Origin: Neorhizobium sp.
GTDB lineage: Bacteria > Pseudomonadota > Alphaproteobacteria > Rhizobiales > Rhizobiaceae
Length of the DNA: 64,000 bases
Assembly (NCBI GenBank): GCA_028283725.1
Contig: JAPWKC010000002.1
Location: 341,025 to 405,024 of the forward strand
Reading direction: 5' to 3'
Of this stretch, positions 1-8,989 are shown one piece after another. Both the position numbers and the translations under genes were made by a program. A model generated the notes under the pieces. That model was not told where the DNA came from. It was given only the letters and a program-made list of their open reading frames with translations, and made no database searches. The stretch's first letter is position 1. Each line of letters begins with the position of its first letter.

Positions 1-198
1 GCCGTCGGGCAGGCTGTGACAGGCGACACAATCGGCCTGCCGTGCGACGGCCTCGCCGCGGGCAAGCACCTCCGTCGAAGGCAGAGGCAAAGTGCCGGCC
101 GTCTCGAATGGCGAGCCCGGCTTGTGGTTGACAAACCAGAGCAGTCCACCCCCGACGACAACGATGATCAGGAGAAGAACGAGAAGGAGTTTCTTCAA
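1..198 (-). CDS. Membrane-anchored cytochrome c, dehydrogenase cytochrome-subunit type (5' part; runs off the window)
   Basis: Not in the ORF track. Manual translation from TTG at 198 (GAGGA upstream): MKKLLLVLLLIIVVVGGGLLWF...ARGEAVARQADCVACHSLPDG, i.e. an N-terminal TM helix and a CxxCH heme motif. Downstream of the IorAB-like genes. Confidence 0.85.
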   Translation of the reverse strand, partial: MKKLLLVLLLIIVVVGGGLLWFVNHKPGSPFETAGTLPLPSTEVLARGEAVARQADCVACHSLPDG

Positions 199-366
199 GG
201 ACGGTCCATCCTCTTAAAGTGGCTTCACGATGAAGGCCCGCGTCGTCGGTTGTCGACGAAAAGCGATGCGCCCTCGGTGATAATTCGAAGGAAAGCGGTC
301 GGGCGATCATGTGCTCCGCGCGTATCGCTGCGGGACACGTCGACCGCCCGTCCGGCGGCGGTCGCG

Positions 367-2649
367 TCAGCTGTTGAACGTATATTGCGACAACGGCATG
401 CGCCGGACGCGTTCACCCGTCAGGGTCGATACCGCGTTGGCCACGGCCGGCGGCACGGCGGGCAAGCCCGGCTCGCCGATCCCGCCCATTTTCTCGCCGC
501 TCTCGATGATCCGCGCATGAACGCGCGGCATGCGGGAGGGCGGAAGGATGGGGTAGAGATCGTAATTGCGGGCAACCGGCATGCCGTTCTTGTAGACCGC
601 TTCCTCGATCAGCACCTGTGAAACGCCGAGCGCGCTTGCCGAGTTGATCTGCGCTTCGATAATCGCCGGATTGACGATACTGCCCGGATCGATCGCTTCC
701 CAGACATCGTGCACCACGACTTCTCCGGCCTTGATCGAAACTTCCGCGATCGCCGCCGTATGGCTGCCGAAGGGCGAGGCCATGGCGATGCCGCGGGCCC
801 GCCGGGTCCCGTCTTCGGCCGTGAACGGTCCGCGCTTCCAGCCGCCGGACATCTCGCCGACGGTCTTGAGCAATGTCGAGAGCCGCGGATTGTCCTTCAG
901 AAGCTGCATGCGCAGTTCATACGGGTCCTTGCCACCCTTGTCGGCCAGCTCGTCGAGGAAGCTTTCATAGAGAAAGTCGTTCATCGAATTGCCGACAGAG
1001 CGCCAATAGGCGAGCATGGTCGGGTTCTCGACATAGATCTGCGCGATGCGGCGGTTCGGGATGGCATAGGACTTCCCGGTCAGCCCTTCGACCGCCGTCT
1101 CGTCCAGCTTGTCCTTGTTATGGCCGGCAATGCCTTCCGTCGGCCCTTCGCAGATGCTGATGGCTTCAAGCGCCACCGGCATGCCGTTGGCATCGAGCCC
1201 GCCCTTGAAGCGCACGGCTGCCATCGGGCGCATCGGATCGCGAAGGAACTCTTCCTCGCGGGTCCAGATGACCTTGACCGGCCGTCCGGTTTCCTTGGCA
1301 AGCTGGATCGCCTGCGGGTAGGGGTTGGCTGCCTGATAGAGGAAATGGCGGCCGAAGAAGCCACCGAGCATGGGGCTGTGCACATTGACCTTCGATGCGT
1401 CGAGACCGGTGCGCTTGGCGATATCGGCCTGGAATTGTTCAGGTGCCTGGTTCGGCATCCACACATCCAGCGTTCCGTCGGCATTGAACCGGGCGATCGT
1501 CGAGGGTGGTTCGAGTTGTGCGTGGTGGAGATACTGGCTGTGATAGGTGGCAGTCACCACCGTCTTTGCGCTTGCGAAAGCCGCCGCCGCATCGCCCTCC
1601 TTCTCCGCGTCCTTGCCGTCACCCGGCTCGTTTGCAAGCCGTTCGGCAAAATCTGCCGTCGAGAAATTCGCAGGCATCACGCGGATACCGTCCATGACCG
1701 GCTTGGCACCGGCTTCCGCCCAATCGACCTGAAGCGCTTCCACGGCACGTTTGGCATGCCACCACCGTTCGGAAACGACGGCAACGGCGCCGGGAAGGTG
1801 ATGAACGGAAATGACCCCCTTCATCGCTCTGACGGAGGCCTCGTTGCGGACCGCGCCGACCGACATGCCGAGCCGGGGTGCATGCTGGACGGCAGCGTGC
1901 AGCATGCCATCGACTTTGAGGTCGATGGCATAGACGGCCTTGCCGATGGACTTGTCCAGCACGTCGAGACGCTCGACCGGCTTGCCGATCCAGCGGAACT
2001 GCTTGGGATCGCGCAGTGTCACGCTATCGGCCGCAGGCACCGGTAGCGACATGGCATCGCCGGCCAGATCGCCATAGGCGATTCTCTGCCCGGAGGCCGC
2101 ATGCACCACGTATCCCGGCTCGGTCGCCAGCTTGTCGGCGGCAACACCGAGGCGGGTGGCGGCGGCCTCGAGCAACATCGCACGGGCCGACGCACCGAGT
2201 TTGCGCATCGTATCGTAGCTAGTGCGGACGGACATGCTGCCGCCGGTGATGCGCATCTTGCCGAAGACGACGAGATAGTCCGATCCGGTGGGCGCGTTTT
2301 CGACGATGAAGGACTTCGGATCCATGTCGAGTTCTTCGCCGACGATCTGGACCATGGCGGTAAAGACGCCCTGGCCACCTTCGACGAAGGGGCTGAGGAA
2401 ACGTGCGGTGTTGTCCGGTCGGATTTCGAGGAAGGCGGGAACGCGGGTGCCGGGTGCGACGGCCTTTGCGGCATCCTGCGCGCGGGCGCCGCGTACCGGA
2501 AGGCCGAAGCCGAGCACCAGCGCACCGGCGGCAGCCCCCATCGAGCCGACGAGCAACCCTCGTCTGGACAGGTTGACGGGAGCACCCGTCGGCAGATCCT
2601 TATCGACTTGAAGATTGTCGACCTGAAGATCACGGATGATGTCGTTCAT
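367..2649 (-). CDS. Xanthine oxidase-family molybdopterin-binding subunit (isoquinoline 1-oxidoreductase beta / IorB-like), Tat-exported
   Basis: 760 aa; SRRGLL Tat motif; EGGQG, TGGSMS, GGFFGR, WRSVG and GGIGEPG MoCo-binding motifs. Confidence 0.92.
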   Translation of the reverse strand: MNDIIRDLQVDNLQVDKDLPTGAPVNLSRRGLLVGSMGAAAGALVLGFGLPVRGARAQDAAKAVAPGTRVPAFLEIRPDNTARFLSPFVEGGQGVFTAMVQIVGEELDMDPKSFIVENAPTGSDYLVVFGKMRITGGSMSVRTSYDTMRKLGASARAMLLEAAATRLGVAADKLATEPGYVVHAASGQRIAYGDLAGDAMSLPVPAADSVTLRDPKQFRWIGKPVERLDVLDKSIGKAVYAIDLKVDGMLHAAVQHAPRLGMSVGAVRNEASVRAMKGVISVHHLPGAVAVVSERWWHAKRAVEALQVDWAEAGAKPVMDGIRVMPANFSTADFAERLANEPGDGKDAEKEGDAAAAFASAKTVVTATYHSQYLHHAQLEPPSTIARFNADGTLDVWMPNQAPEQFQADIAKRTGLDASKVNVHSPMLGGFFGRHFLYQAANPYPQAIQLAKETGRPVKVIWTREEEFLRDPMRPMAAVRFKGGLDANGMPVALEAISICEGPTEGIAGHNKDKLDETAVEGLTGKSYAIPNRRIAQIYVENPTMLAYWRSVGNSMNDFLYESFLDELADKGGKDPYELRMQLLKDNPRLSTLLKTVGEMSGGWKRGPFTAEDGTRRARGIAMASPFGSHTAAIAEVSIKAGEVVVHDVWEAIDPGSIVNPAIIEAQINSASALGVSQVLIEEAVYKNGMPVARNYDLYPILPPSRMPRVHARIIESGEKMGGIGEPGLPAVPPAVANAVSTLTGERVRRMPLSQYTFNS

Positions 2650-2654
2650 GGCGC

Positions 2655-3107
2655 TTACACCTTTTGCCCGGAGAGATCCTGGACGGCTGCCTTGATGGCG
2701 TTATAGGTTCCGCAACGACAGAGGTTGACCATCGCCGCAGCGATATCGTCTTCCGTCGGCTTATCGTTCTGTTTCAGAAGCGCCGTTGCCGCCATCACCT
2801 GGCCGGATTGGCAATAGCCGCATTGCGGCACCTGATGCTGGACCCAGGCTGCGACAACCTTCCGGCCGATCGCATCGTTCTGAATGGCCTCGATCGTGGT
2901 GATCGATCGGTTGGCGACGCTGTCGAGAGGCGTCACGCAGGAGCGGACGATTTCGCCGTCGACCATCACCGAACAGGCGCCGCATTGCGCCAGGCCGCAG
3001 CCATATTTCGTGCCTGTCATGCCGAGTTCGTCACGGATGACCCAGAGCAGGGGCGTATCTCCGTCGGACTCGACCTCGTAGGGCTGACCATTGATTTCGA
3101 GTTTCAT
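2655..3107 (-). CDS. (2Fe-2S)-binding small subunit (IorA-like)
   Basis: GTKYGCGLAQCGAC, QCGYCQSGQ and NLCRCGTY cysteine motifs. Confidence 0.95.
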   Translation of the reverse strand: MKLEINGQPYEVESDGDTPLLWVIRDELGMTGTKYGCGLAQCGACSVMVDGEIVRSCVTPLDSVANRSITTIEAIQNDAIGRKVVAAWVQHQVPQCGYCQSGQVMAATALLKQNDKPTEDDIAAAMVNLCRCGTYNAIKAAVQDLSGQKV

Positions 3108-3183
3108 GGTTGTTCCTCAGGTTGCTGTCGTGAAATTGATATAGAAGCGGCAAGGCGCCGATCCATGCTTGAGTGTAAAATGA

Positions 3184-3786
3184 TTAGGCGCTCAACCAGC
3201 CGCTCACCTGCTGCAACGTGCGCTTTTCCTGATCCGCCTCCATTGAGAAGGGATCGGCCACACGCGCGGCGGGCGCCAGGGCGCGAATGACCTCCATGCT
3301 GTCGCCGAGCCCGTATCCGCCATGGGTGATGAAAGGCAGGACGTGCTTTCCCGAGAGATCGTGTCCGCGAAGGAAGGAGCGAATGACGGGCGGCGCGGTC
3401 ATGCCCCAGATCGGAAAGCCCAGATAGAGGGTGTCGTACTGGCGCAGATCGGCGACGAAATGGCCGAGCGGCGGCAGATATCCGGCACTCGTCTCACGTG
3501 CCGCCTGAGCCACCGTTTCCTCGTAATCCTCGGGATAGGGCTTGGCTGCTTTGATCTCGAACAGGGCCGCATCACGCGCCCGGCGGATCTGCCCGGCGAT
3601 GACCCGCGTGTTTCCGGTACGGGAGAAAAAAGCCACCAGCGTCTTGCTGGTGGCTGTCTGGTCGGATCTCTTGCCGGGAGGGCTTGCGGCCTCTTGTGCT
3701 GCCACGCGCGTGGCGCTTGCAGTCAGGCCTGCGGCAATCACAGGCAACACGGTCAACAGGTTTCGCCTTCCCATCCGTATCGGCAT
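3184..3786 (-). CDS. Flavodoxin with probable Tat signal
   Basis: GRRNLL signal; FSRTGNT phosphate loop; GFPIWG; FITHGGYG; RBS GAGGGAG. Confidence 0.88.
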   Translation of the reverse strand: MPIRMGRRNLLTVLPVIAAGLTASATRVAAQEAASPPGKRSDQTATSKTLVAFFSRTGNTRVIAGQIRRARDAALFEIKAAKPYPEDYEETVAQAARETSAGYLPPLGHFVADLRQYDTLYLGFPIWGMTAPPVIRSFLRGHDLSGKHVLPFITHGGYGLGDSMEVIRALAPAARVADPFSMEADQEKRTLQQVSGWLSA

Positions 3787-3825
3787 TCGTGCTCTCCCTC
3801 GGAGTTCATCTCCGATCCCTTAACC

Positions 3826-5046
3826 CTACTCGGTCTTGAAACCTTTGTCGTAATCTGCGTCGGACACTTTCTCCATCCACGTCACGACGCTGCCGTCGAG
3901 CGCTTCTGCGACAGCGAAATGCGACATGGCCTCGTCCCTGGAGGCGCCGTGCCAGTGGCGGACATGTGCCGGGATCCAGACGACATCGCCGCTCGAAACC
4001 GTCTGGACCGCATCGCCTTCCTTTTGCACCCAGCCGGTGCCGGAGATGATGAACAGGGTCTGGCCGAGCGGGTGTGTATGCCAGGCGGTACGCGCCCCCG
4101 CAGTGAACGAGACGGTCGCGCCACCGATCCGCGCCGGTGCATCGCTCTTGTAGAAGCCGGAAGTCTCGACCTTGCCGGTGAAATACTCTTCCGGCGCCGT
4201 TGCCTTGCCCGAACCGGCACGCGTGACCTTGATATCGGCTGCAGCGGCGGGCTGCGATACCGGCACCTCGGCCTTTTCGCGGGCATCGAAGACGCGCTGC
4301 AGAACCGGAACGGCGGACATGGCGCGCGGCCAGCCGGCATAGAATGCCACATGCGATAGGACTTCGGAGGCTTCCTGCTTCGTCAGGCCGTTGTCCATTG
4401 CGCGATTGGCATGGAAAGGAAGCTGTTCCGGCTGGCCGATGGCAACCAGTGCGGACATGGTGACGAGGCTGCGGTCGCGGGCCGACAGATCCGGGCGCTG
4501 CCACAGGTTGCCGAAGAGGACACGGTTGGTCAGGTCCGCAAGCGCCGGCGCTGTCGGGCCGACATTGGTGTTGACGGTATTCGTCCTGGCGGCCTCGGCG
4601 GCCACCTCGAGTTCGATGCGCGCGGCATCGCTGTCTGCGACGGGACCGATATTGCGCTCCTCGAAGACTGTCTTGACTTCCATGACGGCGGACATTGCAT
4701 TCGGCCAGCCCGAATAGAAGGCAAGCTGGGTGATCAACTCGCCAAGTTCTGAAGGCGTGACGCCGTTATCGAGCGCCCGGCGTGCATGGCCGCCGATCTG
4801 TGCCGTCTTACCTGTGGAGATAATGGCGGAAACTGTCACCAGGCTGCGGTCGCGCGGAGCGAGTTCGGCGCGCTTCCAGACATCGCCGAAGAGAACGTCG
4901 TCGGTGAAATGTCCAAGGCCCGGAGCGACGTCGTAGACGGCCGACGGAGCAACGCGGGGATTGCGGCGCTTCTCGGCCTCGGCAACTGCGGCGCCTCCGG
5001 TGGCGGCCATGGCAGAGGCGGCGATGCCTGCGACAATATTCTTCAT
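3826..5046 (-). CDS. Tandem carboxymuconolactone decarboxylase (CMD) domains fused to a C-terminal cupin, with signal peptide
   Basis: Two copies of LFGxxWxRxxLxxRDRSLVT...FYxGWP; cupin motifs TAWHTHPLGQ and HWHGA. Confidence 0.88.
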   Translation of the reverse strand: MKNIVAGIAASAMAATGGAAVAEAEKRRNPRVAPSAVYDVAPGLGHFTDDVLFGDVWKRAELAPRDRSLVTVSAIISTGKTAQIGGHARRALDNGVTPSELGELITQLAFYSGWPNAMSAVMEVKTVFEERNIGPVADSDAARIELEVAAEAARTNTVNTNVGPTAPALADLTNRVLFGNLWQRPDLSARDRSLVTMSALVAIGQPEQLPFHANRAMDNGLTKQEASEVLSHVAFYAGWPRAMSAVPVLQRVFDAREKAEVPVSQPAAAADIKVTRAGSGKATAPEEYFTGKVETSGFYKSDAPARIGGATVSFTAGARTAWHTHPLGQTLFIISGTGWVQKEGDAVQTVSSGDVVWIPAHVRHWHGASRDEAMSHFAVAEALDGSVVTWMEKVSDADYDKGFKTE

Positions 5047-5510
5047 CGGATTGTCCTTCTTGTCCGGCCCTGATGTCTGGCCTGCATGTCAGAGGTGATT
5101 GACGGAACGAAACGAGGTCCGTTTTCTCCCATCCTCCTAGATATTCCCTGGCGCGGACAAGATTAGAGGCGCAGATCCGCATGCCGCTATATCGCTCGTT
5201 CATGAATGACGGGAGAGACGCCGACTTCGGCCTGTGCAGCAGGTCGCAATCGGATTCCACCCGGATTCCACGCGGCAGAGGCGCAGTCTGCCTGCGCCGG
5301 CTCGGCCTCGGCGTGATGCCATGGCCGGCGAGATAGGCTTCCGCGGTGGGTATGCGTTCATGCCGTAGCGCGCCGCGGGCGCGATGTCGTTGCTGCCGTG
5401 TCGGCCCGTGCCAATGTCCGTTTCGAGATCGGCAACGCTCATGGCATCGCGTCACGCTTCTCTGTCGCGCGTCACGGTTCGTGCAGTCGTAGACGTTGAC
5501 GGGCGCCGGC

Positions 5511-6155
5511 CTACCAGCGCAGAAGCGGTCGAGCGCACAAGGCGCCGGCGACACCGCACAGGACGATCCCGAGCGTGTACCATATCGCCACGAAGGGCAG
5601 ACCGGTTTCCATGCAGCCCCACGAGTAGGTCCAGGCGCCGACGGCGCCGGCGGTAAGGCCGGCAACGAAACCCGCCAGGCGGATATGCGTCGGGGCCGCC
5701 CGGCGCAGAAACCAGAAATTGGCGACGAACACCGGCAGCGCAGAGGCCATGATGATGATCGGGCATATCCACCAGGAGCGACCGAAAATCAGAAGCGGAT
5801 ATCGCGCATCCGATGCCGTGCCCAATTGCCATAGACCGGACGTGACGAGGGCCAGATAGATGGCAAGCCAGCCGATGCAGGTTCCGCGTGGCAGGCCTCC
5901 GGGGCGGGCGACGACCATCAGGCCGGATATGCCGACCAAGGCCAGGATCAGGGGATAGACGGATTTCACCCAGAAGGCGGGTGTCGCCATGGCGGCAGTC
6001 AGATCCGGCCGCGGTCCGTGAAGAAAAAAGATGAAGGCCGCAGAGAGAACGAGACCCGGCAGCATGGCGCAGACAAGGAGCCGCTGCAGCGCCGTCGCCG
6101 GCACCGGCTTCAACTCGCCGACTAGCCTTTCGATCATGTCATCAGTCTTCGCCAC
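5511..6155 (-). CDS. nrsF: NrsF/OsrA (DUF1109) membrane anti-sigma factor
   Basis: KTDDMIERLVGELKPV N-terminus, about 6 TM helices, two conserved-type Cys (WICP, WGCME), LLRW C-terminus; overlaps the sigma gene. Confidence 0.88.
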   Translation of the reverse strand: MAKTDDMIERLVGELKPVPATALQRLLVCAMLPGLVLSAAFIFFLHGPRPDLTAAMATPAFWVKSVYPLILALVGISGLMVVARPGGLPRGTCIGWLAIYLALVTSGLWQLGTASDARYPLLIFGRSWWICPIIIMASALPVFVANFWFLRRAAPTHIRLAGFVAGLTAGAVGAWTYSWGCMETGLPFVAIWYTLGIVLCGVAGALCARPLLRW

Positions 6156-6696
6156 GTTCGCCTCTCATTCTCGCGGCCATCGTCTTTATGCCGCGGAAGA
6201 CGCTTATCTTCACAACCGCCTCCGTGCGTCCGCTGCTGGCTGCGGTCTCGGCCACCGAGCGACCTTCCAGCCGCACGTTGCGGATCATTTCGACCTGCCA
6301 TGCCGGCAGGCTTTCCAGAAGCCGGTTCACATCCATGCTCGCGGAAACCGCATCCTCGCTATAGTCGTCGGCAACATCTGCGATCGCTTCGAGATCGAGA
6401 TAGCTGCGTCCGCCCGATCGCCGGTGATGATCCACCAGCTTGTGGCGGGCGATGGTAAAAAACCATGCCGTGAACGGCCGCTCGCGGTCATAGGTGATCC
6501 GGCGCTGATGCAGCGCCATCAACGTGTCCTGTACGAGATCCTCGATATCGGCGGATCCCCGCTGGCCGATCCGCCTCGTATAGTAGCTCGCAAGCAGATG
6601 GCGCAGCATGTTGAGCAGACAGCGATAGGCCTTCTCGTCGCCGTCAAGCGACAAGAGCATCAGGGCTTTCAGCTCAGGCTCGGTCAATTGCTTCAT
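6142..6696 (-). CDS. sigF: ECF sigma factor, ECF16 (SigF/EcfF/RpoE7-like)
   Basis: EDLVQDTL, RPFTAWFFTIARHKLVD region 2, region 4 HTH; coupled to a DUF1109 anti-sigma. Confidence 0.9.
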   Translation of the reverse strand: MKQLTEPELKALMLLSLDGDEKAYRCLLNMLRHLLASYYTRRIGQRGSADIEDLVQDTLMALHQRRITYDRERPFTAWFFTIARHKLVDHHRRSGGRSYLDLEAIADVADDYSEDAVSASMDVNRLLESLPAWQVEMIRNVRLEGRSVAETAASSGRTEAVVKISVFRGIKTMAARMRGERGED

Positions 6697-6711
6697 GTCT
6701 TTGATCGCTCA

Positions 6712-6736
6712 TACGGCTGCGCGACGAAACGGTTAC
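6712..6736 (-). promoter_or_regulatory. ECF16 promoter (autoregulatory) for sigF-nrsF
   Basis: Minus strand GTAACC-N15-CGTA just upstream of the ATG at 6696; matches the ECF16 GTAAC...CG(A/T)A consensus. Confidence 0.75.
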
Positions 6737-6775
6737 AGGCCAAACGCAAGAAAGGCGAGAAGACCGCTGCGAACG

Positions 6776-6793
6776 ATGTGACGATTATCACAT
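6776..6793. promoter_or_regulatory. CRP-type palindromic operator
   Basis: aTGTGA-cgatta-TCACAt, a perfect TGTGA-N6-TCACA between the divergent ECF promoters. Confidence 0.5.
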
Positions 6794-6806
6794 GCCGGTG
6801 ATGACC

Positions 6807-6831
6807 GTAACCGTCTGCGACCCGGCGCGAA
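6807..6831 (+). promoter_or_regulatory. ECF16 promoter for the Met-rich peptide gene
   Basis: GTAACC-N15-CGAA. Confidence 0.75.
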
Positions 6832-6889
6832 TGATCCGGTGTGAGCGTTGCCGCATGAGGCGGCCGCCATCGAACTCGGGAGAACCATC

Positions 6890-7147
6890 ATGACCATTCG
6901 CACTTTCACAGCCGCTGCCGCCGTTCTCGGCCTCTGTCTCGTCGCGGGTAGCGCCAGCGCCCAGACCAGCATGGATACGATGAAGAAGTCCGACACGATG
7001 AAGACGGATACGATGAAGTCCGATGCCATGACGACGAATAGCATGAAGATGGCGACCACCAAATCCGACTGCATGCACAAGGCCGGCATGCAGAAGGACA
7101 GCATGAAGAAATCCGAGATGATGAAGCATTGCGAGGCAATGAAATAA
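6890..7147 (+). CDS. Periplasmic methionine-rich (MxKDx pentapeptide-like) protein
   Basis: Signal peptide ending ASA; mature 61 aa with 13 Met in DTMKK/DTMKT/DTMKS repeats and 2 Cys; RBS GGGAGA. Confidence 0.85.
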   Translation: MTIRTFTAAAAVLGLCLVAGSASAQTSMDTMKKSDTMKTDTMKSDAMTTNSMKMATTKSDCMHKAGMQKDSMKKSEMMKHCEAMK

Positions 7148-7170
7148 TTCGGCCTGCGCCCCTGCCGTGT

Positions 7171-7196
7171 GTAACCGCGACGGGGGCGCATCCGTA
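7171..7196 (+). promoter_or_regulatory. ECF16 promoter for the cytochrome b / molybdoenzyme operon
   Basis: GTAACC-N16-CGTA upstream of the ATG at 7230. Confidence 0.75.
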
Positions 7197-7229
7197 TGGA
7201 AGGAAAACACTCCATGAGGATCATCGTCC

Positions 7230-8105
7230 ATGGACACGTCTGAGACCATGCCGACGCCACCGGGCAGCAAGCGCCTGATCGTACATCGACACAGCATTGC
7301 CGTGCGCCTCTCGCACTGGCTCAATGTCCTGTGCATGACGATACTGTTGTTCAGCGGCCTGCAGATCTTCAATGCGCATCCGGCTCTTTATTGGGGGCCG
7401 TATGGCGCTGATAACGACCCGTCCGTCCTGTCGATGCGCGCCGTCGAGGGCGGCGATACCACCAGGGGCATAACCCGGATAGGCAGCCTGTCCTTCGATA
7501 CGACCGGCGTGTTGGGCGTATCCGACGTCGATGGCCAGCCGACGGAGCGCGGCTTTCCCGCATGGATCACACTTCCGAGCTATCAGGATCTTGCCACCGG
7601 GCGACGCTGGCATTTCTTCTTTGCCTGGCTGTTCGTGATCAACGGCGTTGCCTATCTTGCCTATGGTCTTATCAGCCGGCATTTCCGGCGCGATCTTCTG
7701 CCGAAGGCTGCGGAACTGACACCGACCAATCTCGGTCATGAGATTGCCGACCACGCTCGCCTGCGGTTTCCCAAGGGCGAGAAGGCGCGGAATTACAATA
7801 CGCTGCAAAAGCTTGCCTATCTCACGGTGATCTTCGTTGCCCTGCCTCTGATGATCGCGACGGGCCTCACCATGTCTCCGGGCTTTGATGCATTCGCCCC
7901 GTGGCTGATCGATGTCTTCGGCGGGCGCCAGTCGGCGCGCACCATTCATTTCATCGCCGCGAGTGGGCTGATCGCCTTCGTCGTCATCCATGTCGCGATG
8001 GTGCTGGTCTCGGGCCTGTTCAACAACATGCGCTCGATGATCACCGGTGGCTATGCGATCGACAGCCGGCCGGAACCTGCAGTGAAGAAGGATTTCGCGT
8101 CATGA
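7230..8105 (+). CDS. Cytochrome b/b6-domain membrane protein (YdhU/PhsC-like; MsrQ-equivalent partner)
   Basis: RLSHWLN, GLQIFNAHP, GRRWHFFFAW, YNTLQKLAY, ARTIHF, VIHV heme-His pattern. Confidence 0.88.
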   Translation: MDTSETMPTPPGSKRLIVHRHSIAVRLSHWLNVLCMTILLFSGLQIFNAHPALYWGPYGADNDPSVLSMRAVEGGDTTRGITRIGSLSFDTTGVLGVSDVDGQPTERGFPAWITLPSYQDLATGRRWHFFFAWLFVINGVAYLAYGLISRHFRRDLLPKAAELTPTNLGHEIADHARLRFPKGEKARNYNTLQKLAYLTVIFVALPLMIATGLTMSPGFDAFAPWLIDVFGGRQSARTIHFIAASGLIAFVVIHVAMVLVSGLFNNMRSMITGGYAIDSRPEPAVKKDFAS

Positions 8106-8878
8106 GCCGCCTCATCACCCGCCGCCGGTTTCTGATCGGTTCGACGCTCACCGCCTCTGCCCTTGGCCTTTCGGGCTGCGATGCCGTGGTGGAAAGCCCC
8201 AAGGTCCAGTCGGTCCTGAAGATTGCCGAGGGGTTTACGATGAAGACCCAGCGCTTCCTTCTCGGCGACGATGCCTTGGCGCGCGAATTCAGCGCGGCCG
8301 ACATATCGCCCACCTTCCGAGCAAACGGCACCAGCATGCCGGATGGTGGCCAGTACCAGGATCTCCTCAGCCGCAAGTTCACCACCTGGCAGCTCGATGT
8401 CGGGGGATTGGTCGAGCGCCCGGCGCAGTTTTCGCTTCCCGCATTGAAGGCCATGCCGGCGAGAACACAGATCACCCGGCACGACTGCGTCGAGGGATGG
8501 AGTGCGATCGGGCAATGGAGCGGCGTGCCGCTGGCAGCGCTCCTCAATCAGGTCGGGTTGAAGCCGCAGGCGCGCTATATCGTGTTCCACTGTGCCGACG
8601 AGTTTGAAAAGACCCTCGACGGCAGCGGCTGGTATTACGAGAGCATCGATCTCGTCGATGCCTTTCATCCGCAGACGATCCTCGCCTATGCCATGAACGG
8701 TCGCGATCTCGAAGTGCCGCATGGTGCTCCCTTGCGGCTCAGGGTCGAACGGCAGCTCGGTTACAAGCAGGCGAAATATCTCATGCGTATCGAAGCCGTT
8801 GCCGACCTGTCCGGTCTCTATGGCGGCAATGGCGGCTTCTGGGAAGACCGCGGATACGAGTGGTACGCAGGGATCTGA
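8102..8878 (+). CDS. Tat-exported sulfite-oxidase-family molybdopterin oxidoreductase (MsrP/YedY-like)
   Basis: Start overlaps the upstream stop (ATGA); TRRRFL Tat motif; HDCVEGW Mo-Cys; HGAPLRL, GYKQAKY, GGFWEDRGY. Confidence 0.9.
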   Translation: MSRLITRRRFLIGSTLTASALGLSGCDAVVESPKVQSVLKIAEGFTMKTQRFLLGDDALAREFSAADISPTFRANGTSMPDGGQYQDLLSRKFTTWQLDVGGLVERPAQFSLPALKAMPARTQITRHDCVEGWSAIGQWSGVPLAALLNQVGLKPQARYIVFHCADEFEKTLDGSGWYYESIDLVDAFHPQTILAYAMNGRDLEVPHGAPLRLRVERQLGYKQAKYLMRIEAVADLSGLYGGNGGFWEDRGYEWYAGI

Positions 8879-8989
8879 CGAATTTCGGGCGGTCACATCC
8901 GCCTGAGAGAAAGCCGGCAGTCTCGTCCCCGGGCGCCGATAGCTTTGACGAACCTTTGTGCATCCGGGGTATTTCAGAAGGAAAAGCAG

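Noticed and set aside
16-621. 201-aa + strand ORF at the window start
   Set aside because: Overlaps the minus-strand cytochrome c and IorB-like genes, which carry real motifs.
8891-8930. ECF41-like GTCACA...CGTC promoter before the periplasmic gene
   Set aside because: Spacing between the elements does not fit.
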